A program made the position numbers and the translations under genes. Below the pieces are notes generated by a model that ran no database searches, was not told where the DNA came from, and saw only the letters and a program-made list of their open reading frames with translations. From Lama glama (taxonomy: Eukaryota), in the NCBI GenBank assembly GCA_028534125.1, contig CM052832.1:6078001-6142000 (forward strand): a stretch of 64,000 nt of DNA. The letters run 5' to 3'. Of this stretch, positions 52,914-64,000 are shown in pieces; position 1 is the stretch's first letter; each line of letters starts with the position of its first letter.

Positions 52914-53270
52914 TTTTTTTTTTTTTTTGAGAAACCTTGTACTTTTATTCCATTCTTCAGACCATTTACTGGTCTACTTATACTGTCTCCTGATAGTAAC
53001 CATATGTTTGCTTTGGGATTTTTTTTTTTTGAAGTATAGTTGATTTACAATGTTGTGTTAGTTTCAGATGTATAACTTAGTAATTCAGTTATCCATATAT
53101 ATATAGATATACATACACACACATTTTTTCAGATTCTTTTCCATTATAGGTTGCCTCAAGATGTTGAATGTAGTTCACTGTGCTATACAGTAGGTCTTTG
53201 TTTATTTATTTTATATGTAGTAGTGTTTACCTGCTAATCTGAAGCTCCTAATTTATCCTTCCCTCCCCTG
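52914..53270 (-). mobile_element. 5'-truncated L1 carrying a 90-bp 3' transduction
   Basis: TSD aagatcttgaa (52903-52913; 53271-53281) encloses T15, 90 bp of non-L1 DNA with minus-strand AATAAA, T12 and an L1 3' UTR. Confidence 0.88.
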
Positions 53271-54295
53271 AAGATCTTGAACTTTTAATTCAGCATTACG
53301 TATAATAAATAGAAACTGGAAATAATCAAAGGGCCAGTTTTAGGGAAATGACTAAGAAAATTATGGCAGCGCGAACATTTTGCTCAAATATGTGAGTATT
53401 TGGAACACTCTTCTCATTATTCCATTTATTAAAGAAGCCATTCCAGTCAGTAGCTGCATTTATGGATTAGGTTACGGTCAGCTGTATTCCCTTGCAGTGC
53501 AGTTTTCAGATTTCTTGAGACCACAGGGAGTTGTCGAAGTAAATCTGGTCCAGCCTCAGAAAGCAACTTCACACAACGGTCTTAGGCATAGTCAGGGCCA
53601 CTGTAACCTTGTAAACTCCTATGCCTTTGTCCTTGAAACAATATTCTCTTTTGTAGAAAGAATGGAAGTGCCAAACAAAACCTGACCCTGCCTTCCGTGA
53701 AAGCAGGACTTCAGCAATAGACTTTTCCAGCTAAATCACAGCTGTTTCATTCAGGTCTCATCCGGTAGTTTAACTTTTTCCCCGCAAGATTTTGTATTGG
53801 GATGTTTATAGTTAAGGTGGTTTTTTTTTTTTTTAAAAAAGGAAATTCTCTTCTTTCCAAATTGCTGTTCTCAAAGGTACAACCAGTTTAAAATCCCATC
53901 ACAAAGAGAGGTTCTGTTTAATAAAAACCATTCCAGGTGCTCAGAGAGGCCTCTGGAAACAATACCTTGTTGATCTGACTGCGCTCAGTTCTGGGCAGCA
54001 AAGAATCCTGTATAATAAGATCTTTCTCTGGTCCTTATCCGTTTCACACTGAGTTGTTCATGAGGATGAAGGTGGGGTTAAAATCACCTAGATGTGGGTG
54101 CTCTGTATAGGAGGTCACGTAAGACCTCACTTAGCTTTGCTCACCTTAAGCAGACGGTGCTGTGTTCCTGAATGCCATCTAGATCCCTGGCACTCTGAAG
54201 CCAGGCCAGGGGTCCTCATCTTCCTTGCCAACCAGAGCCTCTTTATTTGGCTCCACTCATCCCTCTCTGCCTTCCATGAACTTAGGGGTTTTGTC

Positions 54296-54552
54296 TTTTT
54301 TTTTTTTTTAATTGAAGTGTAGTTGATTTACAATGTTATGTTAGTTTCATGTGTGCAGCAAAGTGATTCAATTATACATATACCTATACAGATATACATT
54401 CTTTTTCAGATTCTTTTCCATTATAGGCTAGTACAAGATATTGAATGTAGTTCCCTGTTCTATATAATAGGTCCTTGTTGTTTACCTACTTTATATATAG
54501 TAGTGTGTATCTGTTAATCCCAAACTCCCGATTCATCTCTCCCCTCTCTCCC
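54296..54552 (-). mobile_element. 5'-truncated L1 3' end
   Basis: poly(T)+aattgaagtgtagttgatttacaatg...ttaatcccaaactccc. Confidence 0.88.
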
Positions 54553-55247
54553 TGGATTTATGGTTTTCAAGTCAAATTCCACAAAACTGCTACCCTGCTT
54601 TCACAGAATCCTAGTGGTGGGAACACAAGATGAGACCTTATGTGGCCAGGAGGATCAGATCTCTATCTATTTCAACCCAAGTAGAAATCCATTAAGGGTC
54701 ACATGTAATGAGTTATAGGGGCCGGGAGAAATGGCTGCAGGGAAAAATCTGTGCTGGGAACTTTGGCCATAAAATGCCTTGAGGTCTGATGGACCAGTAC
54801 AGAACCAGCTAGAATAGAAAATGTGGCCCGTGGAGTCTGGTTCTAATCGATCTAGGAAGGAAGAACCTTTGGTCACATTACCTGCTCTTGCAAATATGAG
54901 GAGCACCTGCTGAGCTGATGGTGAAGCCTGGGAGAACGAGGGGAAGAGAAAGACCCTGGGCACAGGGGAAACCGGGAACCTCAGAAGGAGGCGCGATTGG
55001 CTGGGAGAGGGAGGCTGTGCCAAGGGGGCCTTGAGGGGCCTGGTTCTGCTCACCTGTCCAGTGAAGGTCTTGGATTCAGATATCTCTAACCTTCCATTCT
55101 AAAATCCTATTCTTCACTGATGCCAAACCTGAAAGGTGAAGTTGAAAACAACCCGCAACCTTCCTTTGCATATCTCAGGCCTGAAACCTAAAGACTGAAT
55201 TACAGACCAGCTGGCTTAGTGGTTGAACCTCTTATTTGCATAACTTT

Positions 55248-55651
55248 TAAAACAGTTGTAGTTGATTTACAATGTTGTGTTAGTTCCAGTTGTACAGCAT
55301 AGTGATTCAGTTATATGTAAATATATATTCTTTTCAGATTCTTTTCCATTATAGTTTATTATAAGATATTGAACATAGTTGCCTGTGCTATACAGTAGGA
55401 CCTCGTTGTGTATCTGTTTTATATATAGTAGTTACTATCTGCTAATCCCAAACTCCTAATTCCTCCCTCGTCCTTCCTTTCTTCCTTGGTAACCATAAGT
55501 TTGTTTTCTATGTCTGCGAATCTGTTTCTGTTTTGTAAATAGATTCATTTGCATCATTTTTTCAGATTCCACATATAAGTGACATCATGATGTTTGTCTT
55601 TCTCTATCTGACTTACTTCACTTAGTCTGATCATCTCTGGGTCTATCCATG
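55248..55651 (-). mobile_element. 5'-truncated L1 3' end
   Basis: TSD ttatttgc(a/g)taacttt at 55232-55247 and 55652-55667. Confidence 0.9.
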
Positions 55652-58269
55652 TTATTTGCGTAACTTTGATGTTCTAACCTGTACGTGAAGCCTGTTCTTA
55701 GGGAAAGCAATCCTGCTTGAGAAACAGGACATAATTTGCTTAGTGCACTTACTTAAAAGGTTCCGGCACTGTGCTTGCTTGCACTGAGCTACATTTTAGA
55801 CCTTGAGTTTCTGGTAAGATATTTTTTATTTCTTCCGTCCTATCCACTATGACATCATCCCACCTTACCTGGCAAACAAGCAGAAACACATCCCCTCTGA
55901 TCTCTGTTGTCTTTAGATTTTACTCAGTAACAACCCTGTTCTCAGTTCTGGGTCCTTACGCATCCCAACAACAGGTTGAGAAAAAATGTTTCCTTTTTTC
56001 CCCAGTTGTGTTTCCTCATCTATGATTGATCCAGTGTGGGAGAACTGGTCTTTACTGGGGCGTAGGAAGCAAATGCATCTCCCAGATTCACAACTCTGCA
56101 GACTTCATCCTCCTTCCAGGGGAAGCAGCAAGGTGCAGTCTAATTGTAGGAGTGGAGCTGTGATTGTGTTTCTAGTACAGATATTTCCCCAAAGTTGCGA
56201 AGGTTAATTAGGGACAGGTGATGAGTAACTGGAAACTATGTCCTTGTTGTATTTGAACAATAGCAATACACTCTCCAATCAGGTTTCAGGGATGGCTTAA
56301 GAAAACATTTCATTTTTTCACCACCATATGCAGTGTTCAGGAATAAAGAGCAAGTGAAGTGCGTTAGGAATTCAGTAGTAAGTGCTTCTCCACTTAATTT
56401 TTTTCCTAGAGTGAGGTTATTCGGAGCCTGCTACTGCCCATAGATGATCTGGGGGGGACAGAAGATGATGACTTACTAATATAATTTTCTAACCTCATGC
56501 GAAAGATTTCTGCTACCATTAAGTTTTCATTGCCTACTTAATTTCAACAAAGACTTAATCTCATACTTATTGAATGCTGTAGGCTGTTCTAAGCATTTTT
56601 ATAAATATTTACTTAATTTTCTGAACCCCATGAGGTTGGCCACAATCATCACCGTTTTGCAGGTGGGAAAACAAGTACAGAGAGTCACTTGCCCAAGGGC
56701 ACACAGCTACAAAGAGGCAGGGCCGGGTTTTAAATTCAGACACCAGTCTGACTCTAGACCCTGCCTCTTGATTCTTAGCATCTGGATTTATAAACATCTG
56801 GATTTTAATTTTTCAGTGTTAGAAATTTCTAGGTGTCCATGGTTGATTTTTTTTTTTTTGTAATCATGCTCCATCAAGAAAAATTTATTTCCCTTAGCAA
56901 ATCCCAACTTGTTCTGAAATAAAACAACGACAACACTGTCATCAAATGGTGAGTTTTCCTCCGTAGAATTCCCTCTGATTTCCTCCTTTTTCACTTTTTT
57001 CTTGGAATGCTTGAAATGGAAAACTTCTAAAGCCAGATACGCAATGGCTGAAGGCGCTGAGGGCTGTTTGAAAACAATTAAGGCTGTTTCAAATAAGTCA
57101 GAGGTGATGGAGTCCTGCTAATCAGAACTCACATCTGTTGCACTGGGGGGTTTTCTCAGCCCCAGACGGCAGCAGCCGCCGCTGCAACCAAAGAAACCTT
57201 CCATTTCTTTGCCAGAAGCCTCCTGGACTAAAAATTCCAGACAGTCATCCTGTCTGTCAGCCCGAATTTCCTAGGGGAAGTAGCCTTGAAATGTTAACAC
57301 CAGGAAGCTGGGCTGAAGGGAGCAGATGATTCCTTTTAAGAGGCTGCTGGGTTCTTGCTCTGCCCCGTGGGGCTTCTGTCACTTTACAGAGAACAGGCAG
57401 GGACAGGCGGGCTGTTTTCCACCCCTTACCCCCCCCCCCCCGGCTTTTCCACCTTTGCTTCCAGTAATGCTATTTCCAGTAGACAGCACCGTTTGGTTCC
57501 ACCTCTAGGATGTTTGAGGGTTATAAAGCCCGCAGACCCATCGCAGGAGAAAAGCTTCTTATTTCGATGGCCTAAAAAGCATTATCTTGTGCACCAAGTC
57601 TCGGGAGACGTGGCCTTTGCCCGTGGGAGGCTGCTGTTGTTCCCAGGCGTACCCACTGCGGGCTGCTTCTTCTCGGCTTTAGAGGGCAGGTATTTTTTTT
57701 TTAATGTATATTTTATTCTCTAATTTATCTAACTAACAGCTTTTGAATTTAAGCTGTTTGCGATGTTGAAAAACACATCAGCATTCTCCCCCTGGTAGGG
57801 CTAAAATACAAGTAGGGAAAAAAAAAGTTCTTGCAAGTTAGTGTCCTTGAATCAACCTGGTCAGGTGTTATGTAAGCAGATTTTGCAGAGGAGGAGGAAT
57901 TTCTAGAATTCTGTTGGTCATTCTTCACAAGGAATTGGTTGTGACCGCTGCCGTGTACATACAGAATTTGACACATTAGGTTGCTGGTAATATGGCAAGT
58001 TGTAAAAAGTAGGTGGCTTCAAGGGTACAAGTTTAAAAAATAACGATTCTTATGATAGTTCATCAAATCTAAGACACCACTGATTGTGAGATGGGTCTTT
58101 TATTATGTATACACCACAAGGGGAAGAAAACACTGGATTCGAGCTATGGAAAGGCGTTGATTAAAAAGGCATTCAGATGTCTTAGAATCAGTGAAACATG
58201 CCAGTGTGTTAGCCCTAGTCTTGCCTCTTTTCTACATAGTCTGACAACACAGTTCTAACTGTGTTGTTC

Positions 58270-59670
58270 GGTTCTGGGTTTTCCTCTACTTGACTCATTG
58301 GCAGCCCAGATTCCCTTCTTCTGGAAACACTTTCCCTTGGCCTCCCGGACACCACCCTGTCTTGGTTCTCTTCCCACCTGCTCCTTCTGTCTCTTCTCCA
58401 GCTCCCTGGCTAGTTCCTCCTCTCCGACCCGACCTCTAAGTAGTGGAGAGCCCGGGGTGAGGACTGGCACCTCTCTTCTACCTGCGCGGTCTCCATCCCC
58501 GGGTTACCCATGGCTTTGAGTACCACCTGTCTGCTGCTAATTCCCTGTCCAGCCTGGATCTTGTACCTGACCTTGACACACAGATAGCCTCCCACCTGCC
58601 TGACAGACCCAGGTGTCCAGCCGGCTCCTCCCCCTGTAGCTACATAAACCTGAAACCCAAACCATCCATCCACATCCATTACCCAATGTGGAAGATGGGT
58701 CCTCGGGGCTTGCCGCTGCTCAGAGCAAAACCTTGGCACCGTCCTCAACTCCTTTCCTTTTTTCTCACCCTGTGTTCCATTCATTAGCAAATCCCATCAG
58801 CTCTCCTTTTTTTAAATTTTTTTTGGGGTGAGGGAGAAGAGGTAATTAGGTTTATTTATTCATTTATTTTTTTTAGTGGAGGTACTAGGGCTTGAACCCA
58901 GGACCTCGTGCATGCTAAGCATACATTCTACCACTGAGCTCTATACCCTCCCGCCTCTACTTTCAACATAGGTGCAGAAGCCGACCATTCCTTCTCATTT
59001 TCACAACCACCACCCTGACCCAAGCTACTGGTACCTCCCTCCTGGATCGTTGCCATGGCCTCTTAACTGATTGTTCCACTTCTGCCTGTGCCCCTTTTAA
59101 TTTATTCTTGACACAACGATCAGAGTGATCCTGTTCAGTGTAAGTCAGATCGTGTCATTCCTGTCATTGAAAAGTCAAATTCCCCGGTGACTTGCCACTG
59201 GCACACAAAGCAGCAGCTGGAAAACCCAGTGCATCTATACTCCCCTCCCGGCCCTCGTCTCCAAGCTCGGACGCATACCATGTGTCCTCAGTGCTCACTT
59301 GCTCCAGATGAACCGTAGCCCCCCTGCTCCTCCTTATCTCCACCAGCATCCTGCCTCCTCCGCACGTGCTGTTCCCTCTCTGGGCTTACTCTCTTACCCC
59401 CGTTAGGGCTTGATTCCCACGTTAGCTCAGTGGAGCCTTCTCTTAGACATGGGGAAGGGGGTCCTGTATCTAAAATTGCAGCCCTGCCCACTCCATCCCC
59501 TTCCCCGGCTCTCCTGCTGCCATTGGCCCTCCCCGCTGTCTAACAGACGGAATACTTGATTACTTCCCGCATCCCGCACCAGAACACAGCCTTCACCAGG
59601 AAAGGGTTTCATCTTGCCTTGTTCACTGCTGCGTTGCTCAGTCCATCTTTGTCGAATGAATAAACAAACA
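58270..59670 (+). mobile_element. Long L2 relic interrupted by a SINE
   Basis: Pyrimidine-rich L2 ORF2-type text (ggaaacactttcccttggcctcc...ccaccaccctgacccaagc...) ending ...gctcagtccatctttgtcgaatgaataaa. Confidence 0.75.
58808..58952 (-). mobile_element. tRNA-Ala-derived SINE (Vic-1-like)
   Basis: Reverse complement gggagggtatagagctcagtggtagaatgtatgcttagcatgcacgaggtcctgggttcaagccctagtacctcc + aaacctaattacc + A-tail. Confidence 0.88.
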
Positions 59671-62600
59671 CCTTCAAACACAGACTAAGACATGGAGGGA
59701 GGAGGCATTTTTGACTTTGTGGGTTTTTGTGTGTTTTCCCCTATGGGATGAAATAAAAGGTGGTTAGTTTTCCTCACTGCATCAGTGAAATTTATGTCTC
59801 CCATCTGGAAAACTGTCTCCTGCTTTGATAGAGTTTGCCGTCGGTCAGCAGTCCATCCATGAACCACGAGACCTTTGCGTGGTGCTTTTTGGTGGCTCCT
59901 GAGGTCTGAGGTTACTCTGATTGCCCACCGAGCCTTCAACAAGACCGTGATTCAGTCTGCTTTGGAAATGACTTTAGGGGTTTGAAATGAAAACTAAGCA
60001 GTTCCTTCCATTTTGCACCTCAATAAGGAAAGAGTTTTTAACCTGGGGCAAACCAAGTTCCTGGTGCTGGGATGCAGTTTCCTGCGTGATGACGTGAGGA
60101 GTGATCACTGGAGACACTGTGTTTTAACCATCCTGTGACATGCTAGTTCCCACAACACACCCAGACGTGGGGGTTGGTTGCTTTTAGGAGCATTTAGTAT
60201 GTTATCAGGCCAGACAGACGGCGGTAGAAGGGTTTCGCCGCAGGGAGAGGTGGGACATCTCTGCCTGGTGAGCTCTGGGCCCTGATGGACACGGTGGACC
60301 AATGGGAAGAGGACGCCGGCAGAGGGAGGGGCTCTTGCACAACTGCTAGGTTCGTGCACCAGAAGCCCAGGTTCCCCACATTGGCCACCCGTGGGTCTGC
60401 CTTCTCCTTATCGTAGAGACTGTGGATCTGGCAGGACCAAGCGACAAGGGTGTGATGCATCTGGTCCCTCATGTTCTCAGGGGCTTCAGTTACAGAAGAT
60501 GTAACTTCAGTTAACGGATGATAAATGGGGGGAGGGTTAGGCAAGAGGGGAAGGATGACAAAAAAGGCTCTCATTCATTCATTCACAGATACTCTTTGTA
60601 CTTTCATTATGTGCTAGGCTCTGGGAGATAATCAGAGTAGATATGAGGCTTGGGCAGGAGGTGGTCAGCAAAGGCATCTCTGAGGACATGACTGCTGTAC
60701 AGGGAAGAACGTCATGGGATGCTCAAGCCAGGCTTTTCATCAGATTTCCAAACTTGACCTATGTTTTATGCATTGTGTCCATCTTTGCCCTTGTGTCTGT
60801 AGTTTGCAAGCCAGAGGTCACAGCACATGCTGATGAAGAGCATGTCTGGGATGGGGGGTCAAGGTGGTGGCAGAAGGAAAGTGGTTTTGAGCTCATGTGT
60901 CCTGTTTCCCACATGGACGTCTGGGGAGACTGCTATGTGTGTGTGTGTGTCTGTGTGTAGAAACCAGCACGGGGATAACTGTGGCGTCGTCTGTCCTGGG
61001 AGGAGTTTGTGGATTAATTGCCTCCATGGGAGTTCTCCCATTATTTGTCCCTCCACTTCTTTTTTTCTAGAAGAATAATGAGAACTGCCATTACGTTAAC
61101 AAGTACGGGAGATGCAGTGGGAATACTTGAACCTTTTAAATGATAAGAATGCAGTACCAGCAAAAAGCTTCTATAAACACATCCATCTCTTCCCTGCACC
61201 CATTCTGTACGCAGCGTGGTTGCACAGTGTGAAGTCCAGCGGGCTGTGTTGTGGGTTCCAGGTGGCCTTTGTCCTCTCATCACTCTCCTTCATGCATCTT
61301 CCAGGGAAGGCTTTAATATGGGTTCTTAATGATGGTGCTCATTTCAGATATTAATCTCCAAAAGGCAAGAGCTTTAATACCTTCTCTGGTTATAAAGGTC
61401 AACTCAAGTTCTTATTAAAAGAGGAGGAATCCTTTTTTTTTGCATACTGGCTTTGACAGTGAGCGTTCAAAGAAATGAACCTCAAAGGAGGGTTATCGCC
61501 CAGGTTAGATCTGATTCAGGGTTTTTTAACGGACAGGAAAATACCGTGCCTTCTGTGATAACCCAGCTGCACACCTTATGCCTTTTTTCTTGAGCTTTTT
61601 TCATGGTGGATCAGGGCAGTGTCTGCTCACCCAGTGGGGTGCTGTCATGATGCCCTGCGTGTGACAGAGGGGCAACATTGTCCTTTCAATGTGCCTTTCT
61701 TTGGATGATGCCTCTTGTGCTGTCGTGACCCTTCGGACACGTACTAGTGAAGCTAGGATGCTGGTGCCTGGCTCCACTGTTCAGCACCTGTAATCCTGGT
61801 GCAAAAACCAACGTGTATGCAGAACTCCTCCCACCTTTCAGATTCCTTGCCCCAGTGACTCTTGTCCACACAAAAATGGAGGGGGCCAAGGGAAGAGAAC
61901 CATGGTGCTTTTTGGTTTGACCCCATACATCTCTGTACCCAGCCTATGAGAGAAGAGGTAGCATTTTCGTTTTACCCATGTGGACACTGAAATCTTAGAG
62001 GTCACTTGCCCAACGAACAAGTCATGGAGTTTGAAACCGTATCTTGTGATTGCCAAGTTCATAATCTTCCTACTACCTGCACCTTGGAAGTGACAAGTCA
62101 TTTCCCTCGACACAGGGCCACCTTCTCAGACACAGCTCCCGGCAAGTACAGTCCCTGGTTTAGAGGGCTTGGCTCCTTCAATGACTTCTTTAGAAATCCC
62201 AGCCATTCCCCAGAGCTTCAGAACCTGCCATCACGACGAGAGCAAAGTTAGGCTCATTGCCCCATCAGTCAGCATTTCCCTGAGTTGAGGGTTGTGTTGC
62301 TTTTCATCCTAAGAAAACAGACACCTGGCATCCTGTTAGGCTAAACAAGTCAGATTAGTTCCGCACAGTGACTGTGTCCATTCTAGACGAACATTCTCAG
62401 AGCCCTGGCGGGCGGATGATCAGGGCGCCCTGGCAAGCAGAGATTTGTTCCCTACTTCACTTACTGTCATTTCACACTGAGGTTAATAATTGGGTGGGAA
62501 CGTTCATTTTTGAGGGTATCTGTGTTTGTTTTTTTTTTTAAACACGATGCTTTTCTAAATCTTTTAGCCACTTGATCGTCTAGTTACGGCCTCTCTAAGT

Positions 62601-64000
62601 TGCTGGTTGCAGGGGCTGTAGCACCTGGGCCTCTTGTGTCGTCCGTGGTTGCTGTCACGTTCCAACAGAAACTGAAAATATATAGCCTTAACCTGTACAG
62701 AAAAAGCTTGCTGAAACGTCCTTTTTTCTTTCTTCTTCTTTTTTTTTTTTAAAGGGACCGTAGTTTTAAAGGAAAGGACAACACTTGCTAGCCCCAGAGA
62801 GAAACTTACCCAGCATCTTCTTGGTCAGTAATAACAGGCCAGGAAACACACACATCATGGCCAACCTGGACTGCATTCACACGTGGACTAGATGGCTGTG
62901 TCCTAGGACCATAATCATGCTCCTCTACGATACCACATCCCCCATTAACCACAACAGAGGGACCACTAACTCGCTGGGCCACCTTGTACTGATCAATAAC
63001 CTTTCTACAGGAAGTTCCTCCCCAGTAAAATTAAACAGTTAAAAAAATTATATATCCCACATAATAGTATGTATATATATAAAGGATATATACATACATG
63101 TCACATATCAGTGAGTCATATATATATTATATGCATAGTTTTAAAAGGAATAATAAATATCAAATACAGTAATAAAATAAAAAGAAGACCCATTTCCCCA
63201 CCATCCAACTTAGGAAATGGAACCTTGTGAAGACCTTTGACGTCCCCTCTGCTCACCTGTCCGGTAACGTCTCGTCTCCCTCCTGCCCCCGAGGCAGGCA
63301 TCTCAGTGTAGTTTAATCATTCTGTTGCTTTTCCCTGTAGCTGGACTGGTTAGTTTTGCCCCAAACTTTCTTCTCAGCAGAGAACACTTTCCAGTCCTGT
63401 GCTTCATTGGCGTTCCTTCATTCTCTTGGTGATAAACTCTTTTGTCTTAAAATCTCATCAGTTTTCAGTCCAGCAAACACAGGGACGCACAGTGCCTGCC
63501 CAAGAAATACTCCTGAACTATTCCGCAAGGGTTTTCTTTTCCCTCTGGTGGCAATGGTGGGGTGGGGACCAGGTCCGGCAAACTCGTGGGCTAGTTCAGA
63601 ATGGTCCTCCCTTCTCCTGCCGAGGCTTGTGATCATGTGCTAGGCTGAGAGGCTGGGGTCTCTGCCTTCTCTAGATTGATCAGCTCTGCAATGGGAGTGG
63701 GCAGTGGCCCGGAACCTTGCCGACCCCTGGCTGGTTCCCGGGAGTTGACGCCATGTTTACATAGTAAAAGAACAAGATGAAACTTGATGTGTGGGCCTTA
63801 AATTTAGCTTCCAGTCAATTTTAGTTGAAGGAAAATCTCGTTGTATCCATTCTTTGTGTTTTTCCCTTTTTTTGGGGAAAAAAATTTGTGGCTGAAAAAG
63901 AGTATAAAATACTGGGTTACGGAAGAAGGAGCTATTGTTAAGCGTAAGCCTTTTAAACGCTGTAATTACTCTATAAAGGCTGTGCGTTTGCATCAGAAAT

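Noticed and set aside
62915..62950. Short resemblance to mitochondrial COII (gataccacatcccccatta)
   Set aside because: Match is under 20 bp and the flanks do not continue as mtDNA; no NUMT call.
1..64000. CRISPR arrays, operons or other prokaryotic systems
   Set aside because: The sequence is mammalian (spliced gene, LINE/SINE/LTR content); no repeat-spacer arrays seen.

Overview
Mammalian (eukaryotic) genomic DNA, very likely a camelid because it carries tRNA-Ala(AGC)-derived SINEs resembling the camelid Vic-1 family and artiodactyl-type L1 3' ends. The only supportable protein-coding gene is TNFRSF21 (death receptor 6, DR6) on the + strand. It has a CpG-island promoter (~29.3-30.7 kb) and coding exons 1 (29883-29972), 2 (48851-49499; four TNFR cysteine-rich domains) and 3 (51040-51537; stalk, transmembrane helix, juxtamembrane region). 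The death-domain exons were not found and presumably lie beyond 64000. The rest is intron/intergenic DNA with L1, L2, MIR, SINE, ERV/MaLR LTR and DNA-transposon relics, microsatellites and four assembly gaps. Nearly all other ORFs in the track are chance ORFs. I see no prokaryote-type novel system. The best second-look items are (i) a cluster of upstream ORFs in the TNFRSF21 5' UTR, including a 48-aa uORF in strong Kozak context and a 93-aa overlapping ORF, (ii) a clear L1 3' transduction in intron 3, and (iii) a MIR-like segment sitting inside a younger LTR. Repeat subfamily names and human comparisons are from memory and need database confirmation.
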